A DNA stretch of 64,000 nt from Octopus vulgaris (lineage: Eukaryota), in NCBI GenBank assembly GCA_951406725.2, contig OX597830.1, positions 43,710,001-43,774,000 on the forward strand, written 5' to 3'. Position numbers and translations under genes: made by a program. The notes under the pieces are model-generated. The model worked only from the letters and a program-made list of their open reading frames with translations, made no database searches and had not been told where the DNA came from. This document shows positions 1-12,349 of this stretch, piece by piece. Position 1 is the first letter of the stretch, and each line of letters opens with the position of its first letter.

Positions 1-95
1 ACAGTACAGTACTGTTTCTAATTTGCAGATTTTCACCTATCACGGCGGCGGGGGGGGGGGGGGGTAAAACTCGCGATAATCGAGGGATTACTGTA
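1..95. mobile_element. End of a Tigger/pogo-like DNA transposon or MITE
   Basis: Ends ...CGCGATAATCGAGGGATTACTG followed by TA, the reverse complement of a CAGTAATCCCTCG-type TIR. The other end lies outside the window. Confidence 0.55.
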
Positions 96-374
96 ATGCC
101 ATAAGTAAATAAGCTGAAGTTGAATACATGATACCACTCCGTAAACACAATATAAAAGGTAATAGTGGAGTATATAAAAGGTAATAGTGAAGTAAGTGTA
201 TACACAAAGGATGTTAAATATACATTCACCACACATAGCATATTATATATATTGATTAGATTTACCAATAAGAAAAAGGAGAAAATATACTTGATCATCA
301 CAATTTATGAACATGCAAACGACAGCAGAATGAACTTTCAAATACAAAAAATAAACAGAACAACTTCAGTCCAT

Positions 375-560
375 GTCGACTCGTACCGCTCATGAGGGCA
401 CCATATGAATATTTTGCTTTCTGAGTTCAGGAAAGCACTCGGATCGTGTGAATTTCTTAGAATGATTCTCAGCTTGCAACATCTACCTCCATTCAGAAAA
501 GGTCCAGAATGTTCTAACAATTTCCAGTTGAGTTTGTTACAGCGTTTCTTCCTCTTTTAA
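375..560 (-). mobile_element. Old Penelope-like element remnant (GIY-YIG C-terminus)
   Basis: Minus frame NWKLLEHSGPFLNGGRCCKL...FLNSESKIFIWCPH resembles the W.I...A.PY....K.C.LC...LN.+SE+...C.H tail of PLE endonucleases. Confidence 0.5.
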
Positions 561-2019
561 CGGTGCAACATCGCGCGTTTTCGTAGACCACGGTACTCAC
601 TATATAAACCCTACACAAACATCATTTATGTTGCATAAAGGAAAAAGTAGTACGGAGGGATTACATGGTGAAAGGATTTCTCGTTTCAGTGATGTCGCTC
701 GTTCTACATTTGGGATATCCTTTCTTTCTGAATTTCAGGTTTTCCTGCAGGAGTACCAGATTCGAAACTGAATCGTTGAATTGCCGAGTAAGACTCACGG
801 CTTGGTCATAATTATTTAACGTGATCGGCCATGTTATTATCCAATCAGCATTGAGCTATCGTGTGATGTAATCTTCTAGACTCCTTCTAACGGGACTTAT
901 GAACAGACGAATTTTTGGCGCTAAAACTTCGAAATGTTGGAGGCCGCCGCTACGAAAGCAACGTTCTCGCTTTTGTTTTCAGTTTTCAGCCGGAGCAGAA
1001 AAGGCATAGCAAAAGTTGTTTGAACAACGACTTACTGAACAGGTTGGATTTACTTACCGAGCAAGTTGGAAGCCATTGGATTTACTATGATTTTTCTCCG
1101 ATCGTGGCAGTGCGGTCACGGAGCTGTACTAACCAGCTATTTTGTTTTAACTTCACAGTTTATCTATTCCCATGTGTATAAATTATTGTTCTTATTCATC
1201 ATTCAAAGATTGATATGTAAAACATGTGCAGTGAATAAAACTTCTGTTAACTGTTCACGAGATTTTGCTCATTGTTAACACGCGGCCAGTAATCCAACAC
1301 TGCCACATAGCGAATCTATAAAAAACACCTTTGTGACAATTGGTGACATCCGACGAAGCCAACAAGCAACTATTGCGACCCAGGTTTTTATGCTGGATAT
1401 CCTTTGTTTCTGAGGCTTTATGTATTGAACCAGTGACAATTTCAGCTGATTGGTTACAAAAATGCTTTGATCAGAGCGTTCGCTGCATTCATTTCTTCAT
1501 TGACTTCATTAAAACTTTCGTACTTATAAATTCACATATGTTATTGAATTTACATATTATCAATGTAAATATATTATCAAGAAATGTGAGCTTTACTGTT
1601 CACAGCTGTCTTACTGTACCGGCTAAATTGGTTATATGTGCTTCACAGCAGAATATTTACATTTGCTATTACACAACTGGGAAGTTATCTGTAACGGTTT
1701 AATTCTAAATCAAACTTTTGTTTGTGATGAAAGGTCTCTTGTATACGAATGCCTACAATGTTGTCGCAAAAAAAATCTTTAAAATCTTTGTAGATAAAAT
1801 TCCAGTGGTATGTAACATGCTAGGACCCATAATAAATTTTGATAAAACTGTTGTTCTTTATCAAGCCTGTCATTTAAAACTCCGCTTGGATTAAAAAATA
1901 AATGAAACGTACATCCCTTCATATGTTTTGATCGTAAATAGAGTTCAGAAGTTATGGATATCTTTTGAAAATGACTATCTTCTGTATGGTCACATCGCTA
2001 TATATATATATATATATAT

Positions 2020-3537
2020 TTGTAAAAAATGAAGTTCGAAAATGCTGCTATATTATACAATTTTTAATTTTTATATATACATTATAACATGTTTCAGTTC
2101 CTGAAATGAACCTTATCAAAAAAAGTTATATATAAAAAAAGACAGCTCATGCCGTCAAACACAAGAAATTCATTTACAATACACAACGTAGTCAGACATC
2201 TTAAAGTTCAAATATAGTCTGAAGTAAGTTCATTCATGCTATATGTTCAAAGTGTTCGATGCAGTGGCCCACGGTGGCGATACGTATTCAATACAAAAAA
2301 CAAATCAAAGTGGTGGAAAGCAGTCAATACAGAAGATTGATGTTCCCGAAAGAGCGAGGAATTCATTTTTACCTTGAGCAATTGTGATGACCCATGGTGG
2401 ATGTTCGCTGGGTGATTCTAGTGAGTCTTGTAAATTGTTCGGGTTTTATAATGCCTGTTAGGTAGTCAGTCCAGTGTAGCGTGACGTCATCAACGTTTTG
2501 ACCAATCGTTTCGTTAGGTGGCTTTAGTCAAGCAGAACGGTACGTCATCAACATTCTGACCAATCGTGACCTATCGCTGTATTATAACTGCCTCTTGTCT
2601 GTGTCCTGTTTTGACCAGTCGTTTCGTTAGGTGGCTTAGTCAAGCAGGACGGTACGTCATCATGATTCTGACCAATCACGACTTATAGCTGTATTAGATC
2701 TGTCCCTTTTCGTTAGGTGGCTTCGTCAAGCAGAACGGGACGTCATCAGCATTCTGACAAATCGTGACCTATCGCTGTATTATAACTGCCTCTTGTCTGT
2801 GTCCTGTTTTGACCAGTCGTTTCGTTAGGTGGCTTAGTCAAGCAGAACGGGACGTCATCAAGATTCTGCCCAATCACGACTTATAGCTGCATTAGATCTG
2901 CCCCCTGTCTGTATTTTGTTAGGTGACTAGTCAAGCAGAAAGGTACGTCATCAATATTCTGACTAATCTCTGCCCCCTGTTTGTATCCTGTCCATTCTAG
3001 GACTAGACGTCATCAGCGTGTTGACCAATCAGAATCGGGTCTGACCCTTAGCTGTATCGTATGTGGTCAGTCCATCAGGGTCAGATTTGCACGAAATAAT
3101 TTTTTTCCCTTTTTTTACTAAGGCATATTTCCGTCAGTGCGAGTGACTGTTTAAGGTAGCGGCCGTGGTGGAATTTTGCTTCTCCTTTTCGGAGGACTTA
3201 TCTTTTGTTTTAATATTCCTGGCCCAGGGTGTTTAAACTTGGTCTAAATTTTTTAATGAAATACAGTTCTTTATTTTGGCGTTGTGTGAAGGTTGCGTTG
3301 TCACTGAATTTATAGAGCGGGTTAGTTGTAAATTTCGGATTTACATTTCTAGCACATCTATCTATGTGTCCGCTGACCGGTATTTTGCGGTAATCAGGGT
3401 TTCTAATTTGTGATTTATGCACCGCCATCCTGTTACGTAAGCTATTTTTTGTATGGCTTATATACTGCCTATTGCAGCCTGCGCATGTTATGACGTAAAT
3501 TAAGTTTTCTGATGCGCAGGTGAAGTTTGTTCTAATG

Positions 3538-3541
<4 letters not shown>
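2020..3541 (-). mobile_element. 5'-truncated Penelope-like retroelement (GIY-YIG endonuclease end plus long 3' region)
   Basis: Open frame from about 3540 to the stop at 3210: FTCASENLIYVITCAGCNRQYISHTKNSLRNRMAVHKSQI...VSGHIDRC...KELYFIKKFRPSLN. Bounded on both sides by (TA)n. Hammerhead-like relic at 2085-2119. Confidence 0.85.
2482..3032. repeat. Complex tandem repeat inside the Penelope-like element
   Basis: ACGTCATCA recurs at about 2484, 2542, 2654, 2740, 2852, 2945 and 3007, with a 198-bp higher-order period (2542 to 2740, 2654 to 2852). Confidence 0.9.
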
Positions 3542-3604
<63 letters not shown>

Positions 3605-3605
<1 letters not shown>

Positions 3606-3960
3606 CTTTTACTTGTTTCAGTAATTAGCATGCGGTCATTCTGGGGCACCGCCTGGAAGAATTTTTAGTCGAATGAATTGACCCCAGTGCCTACTTTTTT
3701 TTTAAAGACTGGTACTTATTCTATCGGTTCCGTTGCCCAATCGCTATGTAACGGGGACGTAAACTCACCAATACCGGTTGTAAAATGGTGGTGTGTGGGG
3801 ACAAACATTGACTCAAGAACACACACATACGACAGGTTTCTTTTACTTTCCGTCTACCAAATCCACTCACAAAGTTTTGGTCTGTCCGAGGCTATAGTTG
3901 AAGATACTTGCTCAAGGTGGGACTGAACCCGGAGCATATGGTTGGGTAGCGAGCTTCTTT
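3605..3960 (-). mobile_element. SINE family A (tRNA-derived, CORE-like CCTTGGGCAAGT block, internal microsatellite)
   Basis: Reverse complement of the repeat seen at 7287-7740 and at many other positions in the window. Confidence 0.85.
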
Positions 3961-4674
3961 ATTTCTTTTAAATTGCCGTGAAGGCATTACACAGAGGGGG
4001 GCACTACAACACATGTGGGAACATGTAACAATTAAAATAAACACATGATGCTTATGAATGATACATGGAAATGAACATAAAAAACATTAAAATAATGATA
4101 CATGAATGATGCGTGAGAAATGAGAATATGAAAAGTGTGTTACTCACCCCACACTGAGTAACACCACTCGCCACCTCTGAGTCCTGAGTCCTCTTTAGTC
4201 TTTGATCTAGTCTTTCGTTTACCGTTTTCCCCATCGCTGAGTGACAACACTCTCTCCTCCATGTACACGTAACCTATTTTCACCGGGGGAGGGGTCTTGC
4301 AAATTTTGTGGTGTCTGTTCTTTCTTATTTTTTCCTGTGGGGAGAGGGGATGGGTGGGTTTGGTGTCTGTATGGGGAGGGTGAGTTTGAGTGGTTTTGGG
4401 TGGGATGAAGTTGGTCTGGGGTCCCACATTACACTGACTGTTCTTCCTCTTCTCTCTCTTTTTCCTTTTATTCTCTGTCACTGTCCATTCATCCTCCTTC
4501 CTTCCATCTATCTGTACTTCTTATATTATTATATGATTGAACGCCACGCATCCTCTTCCAAGTTTTATCTACCTATCTATCTCTCTATATATAAACTGCT
4601 AAGTTACGGGGACGTAAACACACCAGCATCGGTGTCAAGCGACGGTAGGGTCACAAACACAGACACACAGATAT

Positions 4675-4837
4675 AGTCCCACTGCGTGGCACCTTGGGCA
4701 AGTGTCTTCTACTATGACCTCGGGCCGACCAAAGCCTTGTGAGTGGATTTCGTAGACGGAAACCGAAAGAAGCCTATCGCATATATATATGGCGGTGCCC
4801 CAGCATGGCCACAGCTCGTGAGCTGAAACTAGAATCA

Positions 4838-4894
<57 letters not shown>

Positions 4895-5050
4895 GTATAT
4901 GTGTATGTTTGACCATCAATTGACAACCGATGCTGGTGTGTTTAAGCGGTTAGGCAAAAGAACTGATAAAATAAGTACTAGGCTTACAAAGAATTTGTTC
5001 GACTAAAGGCGGTGCTCCAGCACGGCCGCAATCAAATGACTGAAACAAAT
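4675..5050 (+). mobile_element. SINE family A copy with (TA)n core
   Basis: Shared blocks CACCTTGGGCAAGTGTCTTCTAC, AAAGCCTTGTGAGTGGATTT and CAGCACGGCCGC..ATGACTGAAACA. An inverted fragment abuts it at 4594-4668. Confidence 0.85.
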
Positions 5051-5417
5051 GATATATATATAAATTTATATATATACACAACAAATTAAAGGGGGTGGGG
5101 GCTTATTGACAATTAGAATCTGAAGGCAAAATTAATAGAGGACTTACCTCCCTTCGTCAGTCATTGAGTGTAGTGTTTAGTTGCTTCGGTATTAATTGAC
5201 TTCTCACGTTATTTTAATTTCGATAATGCTCAATAGTTTTACAAAATTAGATTAGAAAATTGGACAAAACAAAGAACACAATTGAAAAGATTTAAAATCA
5301 AAAAGAGAGGAAGAAAGAAAAAAATCCAAAACTATTCACCACCTTGGGTTGAAAAAGTTGGGGGCGCTGGGAAACTCTTGTGACCTCTCTGTCTCTCTCT
5401 CTATATATACATATACT

Positions 5418-5451
<34 letters not shown>

Positions 5452-5457
5452 TACATA

Positions 5458-5686
5458 GCGGCGGGCTAGCAGAATCGTTGGCGCGCCGGGCGAAATGCGT
5501 AGCCGTATTTCGTCTGCCGTTACATTCTGAGTTCAAATTCCGCCGAGGTCGACTTTGCCTTTCATCCTTTCGGGGTCGATAAATTAAGTACCAGTTACGC
5601 ACTGGGGTGATGTAATTGACTTAATCCGTTTGTCTATCATTGTTTGTCCCCTCTGTGTTTAGCCCCTTGTGGGTAGTAAAGAAATA
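5458..5686 (+). mobile_element. SINE family B (central GCCTTTCATCCTTTCGGGGTCGATAAATTAAGTACCAG block, resembling the Meta/MESC SINE domain), near-intact
   Basis: A-box and B-box-like head (TAGCAGAATCG, GAGTTCAAATT). Further copies at about 7822-7976(-), 17545-17700, 20100-20280, 31983-32190, 39140-39330, 44525-44770, 51875-52310 (two), 52520-52730(-) and 62275-62420. Confidence 0.85.
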
Positions 5687-5696
5687 TATATACATG

Positions 5697-5748
<52 letters not shown>

Positions 5749-5898
5749 CATATATATATATATATACATGTATATATATATATAATGCATATATATATAT
5801 ATATACATGTATATATATATATATATGTATATATATATACATGTATATATATATATATATACATGTATATATATATATGCATGTATATATATATATGC

Positions 5899-5935
<37 letters not shown>

Positions 5936-5991
5936 CATATATATGTATAAATATATACATACATATATATACATAAATATATACATACATA

Positions 5992-6048
<57 letters not shown>

Positions 6049-6098
6049 TTATACATATATATATATATATATAGCTACTGTTTATAACTCGCTCTGAG

Positions 6099-6165
<67 letters not shown>
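5687..6165. repeat. Long compound (TA)n/(TATG)/(ATT)n microsatellite
   Basis: Directly visible; source of the YIYI pseudo-ORFs. Confidence 0.97.
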
Positions 6166-6167
<2 letters not shown>

Positions 6168-7286
6168 CTTACTGCACAATTCGAAATGGTGATTACATTT
6201 TACATTTAGTCTGGGTTTATTACTAGTTCTTGCATGGGTCCGTGTCAGGCCCGTAGGGCCTCGTTTGGCTCTGCATGAAATTTGAAACCAAATCTACCTG
6301 CTTGTTGTTTGCTTGCATCTCCATACCAGATGATTAATGGGAAACACGTGACCTGGGCTGGTCAAGGAAAGGTCAATTCTTTGTTTAGGATTTGACCTAT
6401 ATTCCTAGCCATAGATATATAATTGAGACCATTTCATTTCTCGCCCTTTTGTGCGTCAGCATGACCAAAAGCAAACTTCCCTTCGTCCTTCGCTCGACAT
6501 TCGAAGAGAAGCTTTCGACCGAAATCAAGAAAGGACTATGTCGGCTTAATCCTTTCTTCCTCTCTTGTCAGCACAGTGCAATCTCTACTTTTTCCCACTC
6601 TACTAACACACCGCAACGTCTACACTTCGCCAGCAGGCGAATCTTTTGTCACTCTCACTACGATTGCTACTGTCTCACTAACCACTTGTCGAGCAAATGA
6701 AAAAATGTAAACAATATTCCCTTCCTTCTTTTCTGGTGTTATTCTTCGATGTTATTCACCGTTATTCTCCGAGGCGGTTCTACATATTCCAAAAGCCGCT
6801 ACAGGCCTATTACCAGACTTTGGTACCTGGAAATGCTTCAGTATATTCTGGTTAGAAACTAATTTGGAACAATGCTGCAGTTTCGAAATAAGTGTATCAC
6901 TGTAAATCTGAGGGTGCACGATTGAATAGGGAGGGAACAGAGCCGTCCAGTGCACCCCCAGCGATGGGCAAGGTTTGTGCGTATGGGCAGTGCGCGCGTG
7001 TGTATGTATGTATGTGTGCATCTATGTCATGCATTTATGTATGTGTGTCAGTTGACTCTTAGCGCCGCTGACGACATACAACCTATTAGAATCTGTTGCT
7101 TGGTCAGACTGTCGGACACTAACCTGGCAACCCTACCGAACCTGTAAGGAGGGTACTTTTCGTTGGACGCCCCGCAGAACGAAAAGCAAAACCTGTCAAA
7201 GAGCGAATGCACTCCAAGAGAGTCAACTGGAAGTGAGAGACTCTGAGGCTTTGTCTAGGTCTTCTTTTTGAGCAAATACATACATT

Positions 7287-7443
7287 GTGGTCGTGACTGT
7301 GCGACAAGAAGCTTGCTTTCCAATCACATGGTCCCGAGTTCAGTTTCACTGTTTGGTACCTTGTGCAAGTGCCTTCTACTATAACTTCGAGCCGACTAAA
7401 GCCTTGTGAGTGGATTTGGTAGACGGAAACTGAAAGAAGCCCG

Positions 7444-7508
<65 letters not shown>

Positions 7509-7740
7509 GATCTATGTGAGTGTATCTTTGTGTCTATGTTTGTTCCCACTCCCACGCTTGGTAACAGCTGTTGATGTATTTACATCCTCGTAACTTAGTA
7601 GTTTGGTAAAAGAAACCGATAGAATAAGTATCAAGCTTGGAAATAAAATAAGAACGGGTTGATTCGTTCGACTAAAATTCATCAAGGTGGTGCCCCAGCA
7701 TGGCCGCAGTTTTAATGATTGAAACAAGTACAAAATAAAA
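7287..7740 (+). mobile_element. SINE family A, full-length copy
   Basis: tRNA-like head, CORE-like block, internal (TA)n and AAAAGAT tail. Other copies at about 11625-12333, 18060-18482, 18915-19220, 21135-21455, 22930-23280, 47975-48160(-), 48635-49115, 49122-49915 (nested +/-/+), 57647-57880 and 63890-64000. Confidence 0.88.
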
Positions 7741-8011
7741 GATTGGTTTGAGAGTAGGATTAACCCTGCAAGAAGGTTCACGCAAAGGCATCGCTTGGTT
7801 TTTAATATTTCTGTTATGTATCTATTTCTTTACTACCCACAAGGGGCTAAACACAGAGGGGACAAACAAGGACAGACATCGGTATTAAGTCGATTACATC
7901 GACCCCAGTGCGTAACTGGTACTTAATTTATCGACCCCGAAAGGATGAAAGGCAAAGTCGACCTCGGCGGAATTTGAGGTCGACTTTGTATCACATGCTA
8001 TGGCTGCTTGT

Positions 8012-8408
8012 GGAGGCACAATGGCCCAGTGGTTAGGGCAGCGGACTCGTGGTCGAAGGATCGCGGTTTCAATTCCCAGACCGGGCGTTGTGAGTGTCTA
8101 CTGAGCGAAAACACTTAAAACTCCACGAGGTTTCGGCAAGGTGGGGTGGTGGCGACTCCAGCTATACTCTCTCACCACAACCTTCTCTTACTCTTTCTTC
8201 CTCTTTCTGTTGTACCTGTATTTCAAAGAGCCAACCTTGTCACACTCTGTGTCACGCTGAATCTCCCCGAGAGCTACGTTAAGGGTACACGTGTCTGTGG
8301 CGTGCTCAGCGAGTGCTCCACCATTTGCATGTTGATTTCACGAGCAGGCTGTTCCGTTGATTGGATCAACTGGAACCCTCGCCGTCGTCGTCGTAACCGA
8401 CGGAGTCC
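8012..8408 (+). mobile_element. SINE family C (tRNA-derived head), full-length
   Basis: A box TGGCCCAGTGG and B box GGTTTCAATTCCC. Decayed copies at about 17395-17810(+) and 22065-22385(-). Confidence 0.85.
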
Positions 8409-8918
8409 TGTAGTAGTAATGGCTGTTTGTAGCCGGGAAAGCAAAGCACTTCATGAAAAAATTCCATGAAGGAACGAAGCCATATATCAGCGTAATCGAT
8501 AAGCTCTCTGACCACATGCTGCTAGAAGTGCAAATTGTTTCCACAACTGTACAACTGTAGGTCGTTAAGCCACATACGTTCTGCCCATAATAAAGAAAAT
8601 AGTCAAAATGGCATTTCTCAAAACCGAGCTGTATGTATGCATGTTCTTCTGTTTCTCTTTTTACTTTAGATTAAATTTTTACCAGCCACCTACTTGTTAG
8701 CAAGGTTATGAAGGAAAGAATTTTGTTTTAACCGTCACCTTTCAAATCTTAAGGTCTTGCAGATTCTTATAGTCTCAGATATCGTGATCATTTGCAGAAT
8801 ATGAATTAAGGATTTGTGTTCTCTCCATGCCCATCGCTAATGTGTTACACTGGATGACACTGTCCCCTCACCATTCAATGGTGCACTCTCAGATTTACAG
8901 TAATAGACTTATGTGTAA

Positions 8919-8989
8919 GCATCGGTGGATCAGTGGTAGAATGCTCGCCTGCCACGCGGACGGCCCGGGTTCGATTCCTGGCCGATGCA
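8919..8989 (+). tRNA. tRNA-Gly(GCC), possibly degenerate
   Basis: 71-nt cloverleaf: acceptor GCATCGG/CCGATGC, anticodon loop CT-GCC-AC, T-loop TTCGATT, T-run terminator at 8999-9004. Mismatches in the D stem (A:A) and at the top of the anticodon stem (C:A), plus a G:U in the T stem. Confidence 0.88.
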
Positions 8990-11824
8990 CAACGATAATT
9001 TTTTAATGGCGGTGTCCCAGCATGGCCACAGCTCGTGAGCTGAAACTAGATAAAATAAAATAAAATAAAATAAAAAATTTCGAAACTCCACTTTAACATT
9101 GTTACAAACTTGGTCCTCCCAGAATATTCTAAAGCAACCTTAGGCACCAAAGTCTGGTGACGGGCCTGGTTCTCTCCCCAAGAACCCAAGTTCAACCATA
9201 CTTTGCTCCAGACGAGTTGGTATATACCCTGTTGCTCCAATAATAATGGGTATGAAGCTGTATGGATGTATGGACGGACGGACGTTTTTTTCTTTGAGTT
9301 TTATTTGAATTCTTCTTTAGAGAGATCAAGCCAGTCCCTACCAAAGTGAAACGGCTTTTTGAGTTAAGAGAATTCTCGGAGTTTGTAAATATGTGGTTTA
9401 GTGAGTTGATTGAGCTGTCGATGTACACTCTCAAGTGTGTGCATCTATCCATATTCATGTATATATGTCATTCAGTTTATTTCAAGATTTTTTGCGAATA
9501 GAGAAAGAACTGGTTTCTAACCTAGATCCAAAGCTTCTTCATTGGAATTTCAACATCAACAACAGGGTATTTTTGTATGTATGTATGTGCAGATTTGTAT
9601 GTTTTATGTGTGTATTCTCATGCATATAGTTACATATCTAGACATGCTCATTTATATTTAAATGATAAACTTCTGCAGTATACCAACCGATTACTTCACA
9701 TTGCTACCTGCGTTCGAATCCTACTAGGTTTGACTTTGAGAGACGATAAAAACATGATCCTGTAACAAATTAAGAGTTAGCTTGTAGCATTTAACTATTC
9801 CTTCCCGATACCATTCTAAAATCGGTTAAAGGAGTATTGCAGCACCGTGGTCCACGAAACCCGCGGGGCCACAAGAACTTTGAGGGTGGAGGAGTGCAAT
9901 TTTACCCAATTTCAACAGGAGGGAAGGCGCTTCATCTTCTTCTTCTTCTTCGTCAATTCCACATTGATCACCACCACCACCATCACAGTCAGTCGTACTT
10001 CATCATTTGTCGGAACAAATCGTTTGCCGTACTTTATGAAATCCAAAAAGTGTGAACGTCACAGTTTCCAACTCTGACAAAACTCAAACACTTGTGACAA
10101 GCCTTTCATTTATTTAAGATGTTACTATTGAGGTTTAGCCTTAAACTAGCCCTTATCGAACAAACTTACGATGGAAGATACCCCAGTTATAACCGTCCCA
10201 TCTTTTATTCTTTGGGGATAGGGTTCCCCGGATTACATTATCCAAAGTGTCGTTTGAGGGCTACATAGCAGTCATTTCCAGCAGATCGGGCGGAGGCTCT
10301 TTCGTAGCCAGACGCGAACACCGATATTGAGTATAATCAGCTGACTACCAAAAACCCCTGACATTTTCCGCTTCATTCCGAATAACCCCGAGCTATACAT
10401 GATATGTGTGTGTGTGTGTGTGTGTGTATGTGTGCGCTATCCAGTAAAGCGATTTGCACGATTTATTGCAATCTACATTTTAGAAAGTATAAAAAAATAT
10501 TTCACAAATTTAGAAAGTACGAAAAAACATTTCACAAACCGGAGAGAAATCTACCATGGGTTATCGTGTTATTGTTGGCTGGTCTGAGGTGATAATTGGT
10601 TGAATCGATGAATGAAAATATATTTCTCGAGCTGCGTGAAGAAATAACTGACAACATCCGTGAACAATTATCAGAAAATTTTAGTACTGCACATAAAGAT
10701 TTGACTGTGTTGGATTTTTACAAATGCTAAGGCCAAAATTACATACTAGGAGAGACACACTGCTTAGAGTTTATGACAAACTTAGAGTTATGACAAGCAA
10801 TCTTTGGGTGGCCCATTACAACTGGAAACTCATTGTTCTATATTTGTATTGCATTATATTCGCGGCGACCAAAATTCCTGTCTACTATTGACCATCTGTC
10901 GTAATCGTCTGGATGTAGTAAGAATAGAGATACAACGCACAGTTACCTCAACATTCTGCAATTACTGCAAAAAAAAAAAAACAACCTTTTTATAGGGTAC
11001 AAGAAAATTCTAGAAGATTGAATCACGTGAAGGCTTGACACTGCTTGGTTGCTTAATAGATCGATCACGTGAAACTACTGTGGTTCGATCGTGATGTCTG
11101 ACCGGTTACCTAGCGGTTCGGTTTCGAATCACCGCTGCAAATCCATAAAACCTGTACTTAATTCTGATTATCGCTGCGTTTAATAGGTGAAAATTCAAGT
11201 TCCCCTTGCATAGCACGCTTGTCTATCGCTGATCAAGTACCCCAGAAAAGCCTGGTGCCTTTACATCATACCAATGTGAACAAAGGATGTAGAATGCTAG
11301 AATACGATATCCTGACCAGAAGCACGACAAAAGGATGTTGAATACGGTATCCTGTCTAGAAGTACGATAAAATACTGGTAGAGAGAGGATAGTCCCCAAA
11401 TTTAACTCAGTTGGTTAATGCTTAATAAAAACGATTATTGCAATAATTCCCTTATGATCCTTATTTCTTTTAGCCTTTTAGGATGAGAAGCTTTCGACGA
11501 ACCTCGTCGACAAACAATAGGAATGTATGAAGGCTACATCTTCTCAGTTTTCCAGTGAAGTTTGCTTCGTGTCGACAAATGATGGGAATATGTGAAGGCC
11601 ACATCTTCCCAGTTTTCCAGTGAAGTTTGTTTCCCAACCACATGGTTCCACGTTCAATCCCACTGAGTGGTACCTTGGGCATGTTCTACTATAGTCTCCG
11701 GCTGACCAAAGTTTTGTGAGTGGATTTGGTAGGAAGAATTTTATAAAAGTCTGCTGTGTGTGTACGTTTATGTATTTGTTTTGCAAGATTTCTGATGTGA
11801 AACCGTGTGTTGAAACGAGTATAG

Positions 11825-12094
11825 TTATATTTCGAGATGGTTATTATTTTTTACCCAAATAAACACGCACTATATATTCGTTCTTCATTTCAGATTTATT
11901 TTATTAGTTCTTATTTTATGGACAGGAAGAGACACGTAGGATGGAAAGTCACTGAGGAGGTCATGGGGGTAAGACGAAAGATTTCCAGACATAGAACATA
12001 AAATAAGAACAGTAATAAAATAAGTCTGAAGTGAAGAACGAATATATAGTGCGTGTGTTTATTTGACAGATAAAATGACCCTCCCGAAATATAA
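11825..12094. repeat. Foldback: ~95-bp inverted repeat with ~76-bp spacer, nested in a family A SINE
   Basis: 11825-11920 matches the reverse complement of 11997-12094 (for example CACGCACTATATATTCGTTCTTCA / TGAAGAACGAATATATAGTGCGTG). Confidence 0.85.
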
Positions 12095-12349
12095 TGTGTG
12101 TGTGTGTGTTGTGCGTGTTTGTGACTGTGTTTGTCCGCTACTACCACTTGGCAAACGGTGTTGGTGTGTTTACGTCCCCGTAGCTTAGCGGTTCGGCACA
12201 ACAAAACCCAATAGAATAAGTACTAGGCTCTGAAAAAAAAAGTGTTCGAGTCGAATCATTCGAGTAAAAGTTCTTCATAGCGGAGCTCCAGCATGGCCGC
12301 AGTCTAATGACCAAAACAAGTGAAAGATAAAAGATCTCCCCCCCCTCTG

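Noticed and set aside
915-1702. ORFs of 70-120 aa
   Set aside because: Non-ATG starts, no domain or splice evidence; probably decayed repeat or intergenic DNA
2482-3032. Repeat-spacer appearance suggesting a CRISPR array
   Set aside because: The spacers are themselves homologous and irregular, the context is eukaryotic and there are no cas genes
5621-6074. Several 90-144 aa ORFs rich in YIYI
   Set aside because: Translations of (TA)n microsatellite. The same applies to the ORFs at 12367-12994, 23548-23913, 30877-31234 and 61443-61774.
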